NCBI GenBank assembly: GCA_001784285.1
Contig: MFQC01000003.1
Location: 18,151 to 82,150 of the forward strand
Length of the DNA stretch: 64,000 nt
Direction of reading: 5' to 3'
Source of the DNA: Candidatus Magasanikbacteria bacterium RIFCSPHIGHO2_02_FULL_48_18
Lineage (GTDB): Bacteria > Patescibacteriota > Patescibacteriia > Magasanikbacterales > UBA922
A program made the translations under genes and the position numbers. Each line of letters starts with the position of its first letter. Position 1 is the first letter of the stretch. Positions 29,890 through 38,116 of the stretch are shown piece by piece. The notes under the pieces were generated by a model, which saw nothing but the letters and a program-made list of their open reading frames with translations, ran no database searches and was not told the DNA's origin.

Positions 29890-29904
29890 CGCGATGTATG
29901 GCAT

Positions 29905-31293
29905 ATGAAGGCATTGCTTAAAAAAATTGTTCCCAAATCCATATTGAATGTTGGTCATTTGTTTTACGCGTGGTTTGGGGCAATGCGTTATCGGCATCCT
30001 TCCGAAAAATTATTTGTCATTGGCGTTACGGGAACCAGCGGAAAATCAACCACGGTATTTTTGTTGCGCCAATTTTTGGAAGCGGCCGGGTACGTGGTTG
30101 GGTCGTTGTCCACGATTGATTTTTCTATCGCAGGAAAAAACCGTTTAAACGACCAAAAAATGACCATGCTTGGCAAAATGCAGATTCAAAAATATTTGCG
30201 CGAGATGGTCGAGAGCCGGTGCCAGATTGCGATTATAGAAACCACATCCGAAGGACGCGTCCAGCATCGCCACCGGTGGATTGCGTATGACGCGATGGTT
30301 CTTACCAATCTTTATCCGGAACATATTGAGTCGCATGGCAGTTTTAAAAAATACAAACAAGCAAAATTGGATATTTTTTACAATGCCGCCAGGTACCGAG
30401 CGGGCCGGAAGAACGCGGAAACGATTGGATTCCCCAATTTGAAAAAAAAGAATTCAACTTCGCTCCAAAAGATGTGTTTTGTCAATGGGGACATCGCGGA
30501 AGCGGAGGAATTTTTGTCCGCAGGTTCGTTTGACGCGCGGTATGTGTTTGGAACGCGCAAAACGTCCGACTTGTCCATAGGTTATTTTCAGCTTTCAAAC
30601 ATACAAACAGAAAAAAATGGCATATCTTTCCTCATACAAAACAAACGCTTTGAAACGCCGCTTTTCGGCCGCCACAATGCCATGAATATGACTGCCGCGG
30701 TTGCCGTTGCCGAGACAGTGGGCGTTTCGGCGTCTCTCCTTCAAAAAAAAGCAAAAATTCTTGAACAAATTCCCGGACGGATAGAATTTATTGCAGAATC
30801 CCGGCCTTTTGGATTTGATGTTATTGTCGACTACGCGTTTGAGCCAAAGGCCATGGAAGCGCTGTATGGAGTCGTTCTACAACGTGAGCCAAAACGCATT
30901 ATTCACGTGTTTGGTTCAACCGGCGGAGGAAGGGACAAGGCCAGGCGGCAGATTTTGGGCGCGTATATTGGCGAGCGGGCGAACCTGTGCATTATTACCG
31001 ATGAAGACCCATATGATGAAAATCCGCTTGACATTATCAATACCGTCTTTGAGGCGGTGCGGCAGACCGGAAAACAGGAAGGAAAGTCTGTCTGGAAAAT
31101 TTTTGATAGACGAGACGCAATCGAGAAAGCAGTCGGCCTGGCCGCTCCTGGTGATTTGGTGTTGATCACCGGAAAGGGGAGCGAACAGGCAATGTGTGTC
31201 GCCCATGGAAAAAAGATACCCTGGGATGATCGCGCCATTGTTCGTCAAGCGCTCGAAAAGCGAAAAAAACTATGTCACGAGCATCAAAAATAA
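29905..31293 (+). CDS. murE: Mur ligase, MurE-like (UDP-N-acetylmuramoyl-L-alanyl-D-glutamate--diamino acid ligase)
   Basis: P-loop GVTGTSGKSTT, Mur ligase middle and C-terminal domains (DYAFEP, GKGSEQ). MurE versus MurF assignment is not certain from sequence alone. Confidence 0.7.
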   Translation: MKALLKKIVPKSILNVGHLFYAWFGAMRYRHPSEKLFVIGVTGTSGKSTTVFLLRQFLEAAGYVVGSLSTIDFSIAGKNRLNDQKMTMLGKMQIQKYLREMVESRCQIAIIETTSEGRVQHRHRWIAYDAMVLTNLYPEHIESHGSFKKYKQAKLDIFYNAARYRAGRKNAETIGFPNLKKKNSTSLQKMCFVNGDIAEAEEFLSAGSFDARYVFGTRKTSDLSIGYFQLSNIQTEKNGISFLIQNKRFETPLFGRHNAMNMTAAVAVAETVGVSASLLQKKAKILEQIPGRIEFIAESRPFGFDVIVDYAFEPKAMEALYGVVLQREPKRIIHVFGSTGGGRDKARRQILGAYIGERANLCIITDEDPYDENPLDIINTVFEAVRQTGKQEGKSVWKIFDRRDAIEKAVGLAAPGDLVLITGKGSEQAMCVAHGKKIPWDDRAIVRQALEKRKKLCHEHQK

Positions 31294-31910
31294 AATTACA
31301 GCCGGGAGAACGCATTGTCCGTATGGCTTCACGCTATGGGCTTATCTTTTTTTGGTCTTGGTTTTTGGTTGGGCTCTTGTTTGTAGCGCCTTTTTTCTTT
31401 TTATTTTGGCTCTTTCAAAAAGGCTGGTGGGGGCAGGCGATATTTTTTTCTTCGGTAACTCTTGGATTGTTGTTGCTTATCCGCACGTGGGTTATGTATC
31501 GGCGGAATATTTGTTTTATTACGACGCATCGTATTGTGGATATCTCGTATCAAAGTTTTTTTGAACAAACCATTACGGACGTGCCCTATGACGACATTGA
31601 AACTGTCTATGGAAAGGTTACCGGTTTTTGGGGAAGTCTTTTCCGCTATGGTTCTGTCACCATCGACACCACCACTCCTGGAATTTCTGTCGTTATCGCA
31701 CAGATGAAACATCCAGCGGATATTCAGCAAGAAATTCAGACCCAACGAAAACACTATTGCGCATCTGCCGCCCGTGATTTTGGACAGAATCTCACCAAAG
31801 GAATTATTGAAAAATTGTATGAGCTGGAATTGGAGGACCTGCGCCATATTCAAAAGAGCGTTGCCAAACGCATTGCATCCCTTTCCCAACATAATGATGA
31901 TCGAACGTAG
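31272..31910 (+). CDS. Membrane-anchored bacterial PH-like (YdbT/DUF304-type) domain protein
   Basis: Two N-terminal TM helices followed by a beta-rich domain resembling bPH_2 proteins. Start overlaps the murE end. Confidence 0.5.
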   Translation: MSRASKIKLQPGERIVRMASRYGLIFFWSWFLVGLLFVAPFFFLFWLFQKGWWGQAIFFSSVTLGLLLLIRTWVMYRRNICFITTHRIVDISYQSFFEQTITDVPYDDIETVYGKVTGFWGSLFRYGSVTIDTTTPGISVVIAQMKHPADIQQEIQTQRKHYCASAARDFGQNLTKGIIEKLYELELEDLRHIQKSVAKRIASLSQHNDDRT

Positions 31911-31952
31911 TGCGCCCTTTTCTTCGCTGTTTGTGTTTGGTATACTTGCACT

Positions 31953-32375
31953 ATGAAGCAAGAATTTCAGTCTTTTCGCCGTTTTTTCCAGTCACGAGCG
32001 TTTTTTCTGGTCCTTTTCAGTATTGCCATTCTTTTTGTTTTCGGTTTTGGCCGGGCGTATTTTCAAAATTATAAAATTCGCCAGGAAATCAAACGTCTTG
32101 AAGAGGATGTTCAAAATTTGGAACAAAAAAAGATAGAGTCGCTCAGTCTCTTGGCGTACGTCACCAGTCAAAAATATGTCGAGGATACGGCGCGCGTTGA
32201 GCTTGGCATGAAAAAACCGGGGGAAGAGGTTGTCATTATTTCCGATTCCTCAAAAGAGAGCCGGGGAGAAACGCGTGACGGGGCAGAGAGCGTTGAGGCG
32301 TCGCATATTCCAACATACAAAAAGTGGTGGTATTACTTTATAGATCATTCCTTGCCACAGGAATCGGATACATAA
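31953..32375 (+). CDS. ftsB: FtsB/FtsL/DivIC-family septum formation initiator
   Basis: N-terminal TM, coiled coil and conserved distal motif YVEDTARVELGMKKPGEEVV. Lies upstream of ftsI, the ftsL position in dcw clusters. Confidence 0.6.
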   Translation: MKQEFQSFRRFFQSRAFFLVLFSIAILFVFGFGRAYFQNYKIRQEIKRLEEDVQNLEQKKIESLSLLAYVTSQKYVEDTARVELGMKKPGEEVVIISDSSKESRGETRDGAESVEASHIPTYKKWWYYFIDHSLPQESDT

Positions 32376-32392
32376 TTCTTAATTTTTTATAT

Positions 32393-32719
32393 ATGGGAAA
32401 ATTCAAGCGCGGCCTTATTATGGGCGGGCTCTTGGGCGCCGGCCTCATGTGGCTCAACACCACAAAACACGGCAAAGAGACAAAAGAAAAGATATTGTCC
32501 TATGCCGGAGATGTGTACGACGATGTCAAACAAAAAATTGCCGCATCGAACGCCTGGGAAAAAATGACAAAGAACGCGTACGTCACCATGGTAAAAGACG
32601 CCGTGAAGAAGTACGCGAATACATATCAATTGAGTGAACACGTGCAGTCTCTCATCACGACGCTTGTGTCGTCGCAATGGAACACGCTCAAAAAGGAAAT
32701 GAAAAAAAAGGGAAAATAA
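32393..32719 (+). CDS. YtxH-domain membrane-anchored protein
   Basis: MGKFKRGLIMGGLLGAGLMWL followed by a charged helical region, the YtxH/DUF948-like pattern. In-frame ATG 32393. Confidence 0.55.
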   Translation: MGKFKRGLIMGGLLGAGLMWLNTTKHGKETKEKILSYAGDVYDDVKQKIAASNAWEKMTKNAYVTMVKDAVKKYANTYQLSEHVQSLITTLVSSQWNTLKKEMKKKGK

Positions 32720-32730
32720 CAATTTTTTTT

Positions 32731-34515
32731 GTGAACACTCCTTCGTCATATCGCACCACACGATCCAAAACGTCAGGTGCTCGCTTTTGGGATCGTAATC
32801 GTCATGGCGTCGTTATGTTGGTGATTTATGGCATGGCGCTCCTTATCGCTGTTCGCCTGTTTGATCTTATGGTTGTGCGGCATGAGGTCTATGTGGCTCT
32901 TGCGGAAGGGACACAGTCCGTCGCCGCAAAATTATTTCCCAATCGCGGAAATATTTTTTTCCAAGACTCTCGAACAGGGGGCCCGTATGCGGTCGCAATG
33001 AATAAAGACTATTTTGTCGTTTTTGCGGACACCCGCGCCATTCTCACAGATGACACAGCCGAAAACGTGGCGGAACAGCTGTCTTCTATTTTTTTGTATG
33101 ATGACGAAAAAAAGTTTTCTCTTTTTTTAGCCCTTAATAAACGAACCGATCCGTATGAGCCCGTTGAACAAAAAGTTGACGAGGCAACCAAGGAAGCTGT
33201 TGAGGCGCTTTCGTTGCCCGGGATCGGTTTTATACGAAAATCGTATCGGTTTTATCCCGAAGGGTCGCTCGGAAGTCACGTCATTGGATTTGTCGGAAAA
33301 GATGCCGAAGGAAATGAAGCCGGCCGGTATGGTGTTGAGGGGTATTGGGACAAGGAGCTTGCGGGGAGCGGGGGTTTTTTAGAGGCCGCTAAAAGCGCAA
33401 CCGGGAGTTTGATTCTCCGGAATGCGTTTCAGCCGGCAGAAGACGGAGCACATCTTTTTTTGACCATTGATCGAACGCTTCAACACCGTGCGTGCGACCG
33501 CCTTCGTCGGGCCATGGAAGAAACACGTTCGGCGAGTGCGTCCCTCATTATTGCTCACCCTCACACCGGGGCGCTTCTTGCAGTGTGTTCTCTGCCCGAT
33601 TTTGACCCCAACGAATACAATAAAGCGGACTCTGTGGATGTGTATAACAATAGCGCGATTTTTACGCCGTATGAACCGGGTTCTATTTTTAAACCGATTG
33701 CCATGGCGGCGGCGCTCGATCAAGATTTTATGACGCCGGACACGACGTTTGTGGATAGCGGGTCAAGAGCGGAATTATGCACGAAACCTATTATGAACGC
33801 GGGACAGCGAAGTTACGGCCTTCAAACCATGACCGAAGTTCTGGAAAATTCTGTCAATACGGGAATGGTATTTGTGGTGGAGAAGATCGGGAAAAAAGTC
33901 TTTCGCGAGTATGTGGAACGGTTTGGTTTTGGCGTGAAAGAAGGAATCGATTTGGACAAAGAAAATACCGGAGTGATTCGCACTCTTTGGGAAAATAAAG
34001 GCGATCGGGTTGATTGCTACACTGCGACTGCTTCGTTTGGCCAGGGCATTACAGCGACACCGCTTCAAATGGTGTCGGCATTTGGCGCGATAGCAAACGG
34101 AGGCAAGCTGATGAAGCCCTATGTGGTCGACCGCATTGAATATCCTAATGGAAAAATGAAGAAAACCCAGCCCTTGGAAGTCCGGCAAGTGTTGCAGAGC
34201 CGGTCGGCGGCTCTGTTGACCGGCATGCTTGTGAGCGTGGTCCAAAATGGATATGACGCGCTTGGCATTAGCGCCTATCATCTTGCGGGAAAAACTGGAA
34301 CCGCGCAGATTCCCGGACCCGGAGGGTATATTGATGAAACCATCCATTCGTTTATCGGTTTTGGGCCGGTGGAAGATCCAAAATTTGTGATGATTATAAA
34401 GCTTGAAAAACCGCAAACATATAAATACGCGTCCAATTCCCTCGCGCCTGTGTTTGCCGATATTGCAAAATTTATTTTAGCATATTATGAGGTGCCGCCA
34501 AGCGAGGGTAATTAA
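32731..34515 (+). CDS. ftsI: Class B penicillin-binding protein (peptidoglycan D,D-transpeptidase FtsI/PBP2-like)
   Basis: N-terminal TM anchor, PBP dimerisation domain and transpeptidase motifs SxxK (SIFKP), SxN (SVN) and KTG (GKTGTAQ). The GTG 32731 start is uncertain; ATG 32815 is the alternative. Confidence 0.85.
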   Translation: MNTPSSYRTTRSKTSGARFWDRNRHGVVMLVIYGMALLIAVRLFDLMVVRHEVYVALAEGTQSVAAKLFPNRGNIFFQDSRTGGPYAVAMNKDYFVVFADTRAILTDDTAENVAEQLSSIFLYDDEKKFSLFLALNKRTDPYEPVEQKVDEATKEAVEALSLPGIGFIRKSYRFYPEGSLGSHVIGFVGKDAEGNEAGRYGVEGYWDKELAGSGGFLEAAKSATGSLILRNAFQPAEDGAHLFLTIDRTLQHRACDRLRRAMEETRSASASLIIAHPHTGALLAVCSLPDFDPNEYNKADSVDVYNNSAIFTPYEPGSIFKPIAMAAALDQDFMTPDTTFVDSGSRAELCTKPIMNAGQRSYGLQTMTEVLENSVNTGMVFVVEKIGKKVFREYVERFGFGVKEGIDLDKENTGVIRTLWENKGDRVDCYTATASFGQGITATPLQMVSAFGAIANGGKLMKPYVVDRIEYPNGKMKKTQPLEVRQVLQSRSAALLTGMLVSVVQNGYDALGISAYHLAGKTGTAQIPGPGGYIDETIHSFIGFGPVEDPKFVMIIKLEKPQTYKYASNSLAPVFADIAKFILAYYEVPPSEGN

Positions 34516-34537
34516 TTCGGAAAAGGGAAAGGTATAA

Positions 34538-34566
34538 TTGACAGGATGATTTTTTTTTCGTAAACT
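34538..34566 (+). promoter_or_regulatory. Candidate promoter of the tRNA-Glu/tRNA-Met unit (TTGACA-N17-TAAACT)
   Basis: TTGACA at 34538-34543, 17-nt spacer, TAAACT at 34561-34566, about 32 nt before the tRNA-Glu 5' end. Confidence 0.35.
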
Positions 34567-34598
34567 ATCTCCAGTTTTTGGCCAACCGTTGGCGAAAT

Positions 34599-34670
34599 GC
34601 CGCGTTCGTCTATCGGCTAGGACGCATGGTTCTCATCCATGTAAGAGGGGTTCGACTCCCCTACGCGGTA
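34599..34670 (+). tRNA. tRNA-Glu (anticodon CUC)
   Basis: GCCGCGTTCGTCTATCGGCTAGGACGCATGGTTCTCATCCATGTAAGAGGGGTTCGACTCCCCTACGCGGTA. Acceptor with one G-U pair, Glu-like D-arm GTCTA...AGGAC, anticodon loop TTCTCAT, T-loop TTCGACT. Confidence 0.85.
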
Positions 34671-34692
34671 CGTTGTTGATTATTACAATTAT

Positions 34693-34766
34693 GTCAGGGT
34701 AGCTCAGTTGGTGAGAGCGTAGGATTCATAACCCTAAGGTCGGGAGTTCGATTCTCCCCCCTGACA
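34693..34766 (+). tRNA. tRNA-Met (anticodon CAU; elongator type, could alternatively be tRNA-Ile2 read via lysidine)
   Basis: GTCAGGGTAGCTCAGTTGGTGAGAGCGTAGGATTCATAACCCTAAGGTCGGGAGTTCGATTCTCCCCCCTGACA. Perfect 7-bp acceptor with G1-C72, so not an initiator. Anticodon loop TTCATAA. Confidence 0.8.
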
Positions 34767-34771
34767 CCCAG

Positions 34772-34809
34772 AAAAAAAAGCCCTGCATTTTTACCGCAAG
34801 GCTTTTTTT
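34772..34809. terminator. Bidirectional rho-independent terminator between the tRNA unit and hup
   Basis: aaaaaaaAGCCCTGCatttttaccGCAAGGCTtttttt, an 8-bp stem with one mismatch flanked by an A-run and a T-run. Confidence 0.55.
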
Positions 34810-34826
34810 ATTCCGTGATGTATATT

Positions 34827-35177
34827 TTACGACATGAATTGATTTTCTTGTTGCGGGGCAGTCAATGGTGCAACGGGTACAGTTTTCCCCTTGCCTTTCA
34901 GGGCGTCTTTCAGTCCTTTTCCTGCTTTAAACTTTGGCACTGTCACCGGAGGAATCTGAATTTTTTCAGTTGGATTTTGAGGATTGACTCCAACACGACC
35001 GGCTCTTGTCTTGGCGCTAAATGCGCCAAAGCCGGCAATGGTGACTTCTCCTCCCGCTTGTAATGTTTCAATAACAATTTCGGTGAAAGAGGCAACCATG
35101 TCCTCGGCTTCTTTTTTGGATACGCCGACCTTGTTGGCAATCAGTTCGGCCAATTTTGCTTTGTTTATGGTCTGCAT
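34827..35177 (-). CDS. hup: HU-family DNA-binding protein with lysine-rich C-terminal tail
   Basis: MQTINKAKLAELIANKVGVSKKEAEDMV...GFGAFSAKTRAGRVGVNPQNPTEKIQIP is the canonical HU fold sequence. Carries a C-terminal KAGKGLKDALKGKGK extension. Confidence 0.9.
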   Translation of the reverse strand: MQTINKAKLAELIANKVGVSKKEAEDMVASFTEIVIETLQAGGEVTIAGFGAFSAKTRAGRVGVNPQNPTEKIQIPPVTVPKFKAGKGLKDALKGKGKTVPVAPLTAPQQENQFMS

Positions 35178-35265
35178 AGAGCGTGAAGGTTAGCAAGTAA
35201 GTGGTAGTGATACGATACCATTATATAATATTTATGTCAATAGAGCGGAAAAAATTGTCCACAGG

Positions 35266-36792
35266 TTATTTTGCATACTCGATGACACGTGTTTCACGGA
35301 TGACATTTACTTTAATTTCTCCCGGATATTGCAGTTCACTTTCAATGCGTCTTGCAATGTCCTTTGCGAGATTATACGATTCGTAGTCGTCGAGTTCGTT
35401 GGGATTGACAAACACGCGCACTTCTCGTCCCGCTTGAATGGCATACACTTTGTCAACGCCAGGAAAATCTTTTACCGTGTTTTCCAACTCTTCCAAGCGG
35501 GCCACATATTGTTCATAGGTGTCGCGTCTCGCGCCCACGCGGCTTGCAGAAATTGCGTCCGCCGCCATAACCAATTTGGTGAGAAGGAGGGGAGGGTTGG
35601 TGTCATGGTGGGTAAGAGCCACTTGCGCCGTATCTTCGTCAATATTGAATTTTTTAAGAATGGTGTAGCCGATTTCCGTATGCGCCCCCTGTGTTTCGTG
35701 ATCGACCGCTTTGCCAATGTCGTGGAAAAAACCTGCCTTTCGCGCTTTTGCCGGATCTGCGCCGACTTCTTCCGCCATAATGCCGGCCAAGTATCCCACC
35801 TCAAGACAGTGATTCAATACATTTTGACCATAGCTCGTTCGATATTTGAGACGGCCGACAATAGCGCCCAATTTTGGGTCCATGTTGATAATACCCATTT
35901 TGTGCAACGCTTCTTCGCCCGCTTTTTGGATGTCAATCGCGAGTTCTTTTTTTGCTTCCTCAAAATATTCTTCAATTTTGGCAGGCTGGATTCGCCCATC
36001 TTTGATGAGTTTGTCAAGCGTCAGGTAGCACATTCTGCGGCGGATGGGCGAAAAGCTTGAGATGAGAATAATGTCCGGTGTTTCATCAATAATCAATTCA
36101 CAGCCGGTGAGTTTTTCAATCATTTTAATGTTGCGCCCTTCTTTTCCAATAATGCGGCCTTTCATTTCATCGCTCGGCAAACTTACTGCCGTTGATGTGG
36201 TTTCCGATGCATGATTCGCGGCCGTGCGTTGCATGGCCACAATAAGTATATCTTTCGCTTTTTCTTGAAGCGTGTCGTGGTTTGCATTGTCAAACTTCAA
36301 AATACGGTCCATCAAATCTTTTTTGGATTCTTGTTCAATTCGGACAAACAATTCTTCCTTTGCCTGTTCCGGCGTGTATTGTGCAATATCTTGGAGTTTT
36401 TGCTTTGCCTCTTCGTGAGCCGCATCAATCCGTTCTTTGATATTTTGAATTTCGGTTACTTTTTGCTGGAGCTTTGTTTTTCTATCTTCGAATTCCATGA
36501 ATTTTTGGTCAAACATGGACTCCCGTTTTTCAAGACGCGATTGAATATCTCGCATTTCTCTGCGCCGATTGTCATCTTCTTTTTTGGCTTCGTCGATAAT
36601 GGTAATCGCTTTTTCTTTTGCCTTGAGGATAACCTCTTGTTCCTTGTTTTTTGCCTCGATCAGGCGTTTTTCGGCCAATGCTTCCACCGAATTGGCGCGT
36701 GCTTGGGCGACCTGTTTGCGAATACTATACCCGGCAAATATACCAATCAAAAGCCCAACAAAGCCGATCGCGGCAATAATAAATTCCGACAT
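35266..36792 (-). CDS. rny: Ribonuclease Y
   Basis: N-terminal TM anchor, long coiled coil, KH domain (GRIIGKEGRNIK) and HD domain (HDIGK). ATG at 36792; the track ORF starts at TTG 36798. Confidence 0.9.
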   Translation of the reverse strand: MSEFIIAAIGFVGLLIGIFAGYSIRKQVAQARANSVEALAEKRLIEAKNKEQEVILKAKEKAITIIDEAKKEDDNRRREMRDIQSRLEKRESMFDQKFMEFEDRKTKLQQKVTEIQNIKERIDAAHEEAKQKLQDIAQYTPEQAKEELFVRIEQESKKDLMDRILKFDNANHDTLQEKAKDILIVAMQRTAANHASETTSTAVSLPSDEMKGRIIGKEGRNIKMIEKLTGCELIIDETPDIILISSFSPIRRRMCYLTLDKLIKDGRIQPAKIEEYFEEAKKELAIDIQKAGEEALHKMGIINMDPKLGAIVGRLKYRTSYGQNVLNHCLEVGYLAGIMAEEVGADPAKARKAGFFHDIGKAVDHETQGAHTEIGYTILKKFNIDEDTAQVALTHHDTNPPLLLTKLVMAADAISASRVGARRDTYEQYVARLEELENTVKDFPGVDKVYAIQAGREVRVFVNPNELDDYESYNLAKDIARRIESELQYPGEIKVNVIRETRVIEYAK

Positions 36793-37066
36793 ATGCAAAA
36801 AAACTCATTGTCATGAGGAACCGATTATTGCCACAAATCCCTTTTGAGTATGTGGAGGGAGAAATGGTACTTAGTGTTGTCGAAAAAAAAGAGGAATCTC
36901 GTTTTGAGACGCCAAACACGTGTTCGTGTTACGAGCCGCTGTCAGAATCGGAGAGTTGGTATTCTTTTCTGAAGAAATAACTTTTTTTTTGCTCAACATA
37001 GCCATTTTTTGCAACAATAAAATCGGAATCTTGCATGACCAATATTTGTTAAATAAGACATAATGA

Positions 37067-37094
37067 AGTATAACAAGTTTTTTTTATTTGTCAA
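37067..37094 (-). promoter_or_regulatory. Candidate rny promoter embedded in the truB stop region (TTGACA-N16-TATACT, minus strand)
   Basis: rc of 37089-37094 is TTGACA and rc of 37067-37072 is TATACT, with a 16-nt spacer. The truB stop codon is at 37084-37086. Confidence 0.4.
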
Positions 37095-37806
37095 ATATGG
37101 AAAAATAGACATCAGGCGCTACAAAATAATTTTCCATTTGTTCTGCCTCTATGGTTTTCACATCATGCGCGTTTTCAATACGGTATGGACCGATCTGTGT
37201 TCGTTGGAGCTCTTTGCAGTATGCGCCGCATTGAAGCGCCTCGCCAATGTCATGAACGAGCGTTCGTATATATGTTCCGGAAGAGCATGAAACGACAATG
37301 GTTAAAAGGGGATAATCATATGCCAACATGTGCATATCATATATTTCAATATCGATTGGTTGGCGTTTGATTTCTATTCCTTTTCGCGCCAACTCATACA
37401 ATTTCTTCCCTCCGACTTTTTTTGCCGAATACATGGGTGGAATTTGCGTTTTTTTTCCCAAAAAAGTAGAAATAATTTTTTCAATCTTGCCGTTTGTGAG
37501 CGGGGATAGGAGGGGGGGTAGCCGTTTTATTTTTCCTGTCTCATCGTACGTATCGCTTATTTCGCCAAGTTTCAGTGTTGCTTCATATGTTTTATCCAAT
37601 GCTTTGAACTGGTCCAATTGTTTCGTTGCGTTTCGACCAATGCCAACGATAAGGAGACCGGTCGCAAAGGGATCCAATGTCCCCGAATGGCCAATTTTTT
37701 TAATTCCGGTTATTTTTCGCAAATACCCAACTACATCATGGCTGGTCCAGTCTTTTGGTTTGTCGATGAGGAGAAATCCTGATGATTGTAGAGTAATTGT
37801 CTGCAT
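37084..37806 (-). CDS. truB: tRNA pseudouridine(55) synthase TruB
   Basis: LLIDKPKDWTSHDVV...KIGHSGTLDPFATGLL catalytic Asp motif. Start placed at the MQTITLQ ATG (37804-37806). The 83-aa Arg-rich N-terminal extension of the track ORF is read through a GC-rich RNA-like region and is not believed. Confidence 0.85.
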   Translation of the reverse strand: MQTITLQSSGFLLIDKPKDWTSHDVVGYLRKITGIKKIGHSGTLDPFATGLLIVGIGRNATKQLDQFKALDKTYEATLKLGEISDTYDETGKIKRLPPLLSPLTNGKIEKIISTFLGKKTQIPPMYSAKKVGGKKLYELARKGIEIKRQPIDIEIYDMHMLAYDYPLLTIVVSCSSGTYIRTLVHDIGEALQCGAYCKELQRTQIGPYRIENAHDVKTIEAEQMENYFVAPDVYFSIFDK

Positions 37807-37844
37807 GTGCTGGCCAAAATGTTGTGGTTGTACTATGCTGAAAT

Positions 37845-38092
37845 TGTCTCGGGGGGTTTGGAGGTTTCCATGGAGCAGAAACGGCGAAAGCCGTCGTCTC
37901 CTTGGAGAGTCCTTGCAAAGGATGTCCTGGGTCTCCTCTCGCCGCTCCGTCTCGTACGCCGTGCGGTGCGAGGTCTCTCTAGCTCTTTTGAGGCTCTCCT
38001 CTGAGACAGGCCTGCCCGCTTTCCGGATAACAACTGGACCCATGCGGGCAGGCAATCTCCTCTATTCAGATAGGTTCTCTCTGTTTTTTTGT
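37845..38092 (+). ncRNA. Candidate structured ncRNA (unclassified), GC-rich island between divergent truB and methyltransferase genes
   Basis: GNRA-capped hairpins ACGGC-GAAA-GCCGT (37881-37894) and TCCTT-GCAA-AAGGA (37910-37922). Perfect 10-bp stem GCCTGCCCGC (38010-38019) with GCGGGCAGGC (38044-38053). Terminal T7 run at 38084-38090. GNRA loops read as such only on the + strand. Confidence 0.3.
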
Positions 38093-38116
38093 CTTCAAAA
38101 ATGATACACTAGCCTC

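Noticed and set aside
34581-34593. Palindrome GCCAACCGTTGGC just upstream of tRNA-Glu
   Set aside because: Too short, with a tight loop, to call a regulatory site or operator confidently. It may simply be part of the tRNA leader.
37807-38055. 83-aa Arg-rich N-terminal extension of the truB track ORF (MPARMGPVVIRKAGRPV...)
   Set aside because: It is translated through the GC-rich hairpin-dense island and has no TruB-like sequence. The conserved TruB N-terminus starts at the ATG at 37804-37806. Treated as an ORF artefact over a probable RNA element.
37845-38092. Attempted assignment of the GC-rich island to RNase P RNA, tmRNA, SRP RNA, T-box, SAM or cobalamin riboswitch, or group II intron domain V
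   Set aside because: The diagnostic primary-sequence motifs are absent. These are P4 GGAAAGUCCGG/ACAGAACCCGGCUUA, tmRNA tRNA-like GGTTCGA.TCC end, SRP GUCCGGAAGGAAGCAGCC, T-box AGGGUGGNACCGCG and the B12 box. The GGAGC...GAAA...CTCC hairpin has a 4x1 internal loop rather than the D5 2-nt bulge. It is left unclassified.
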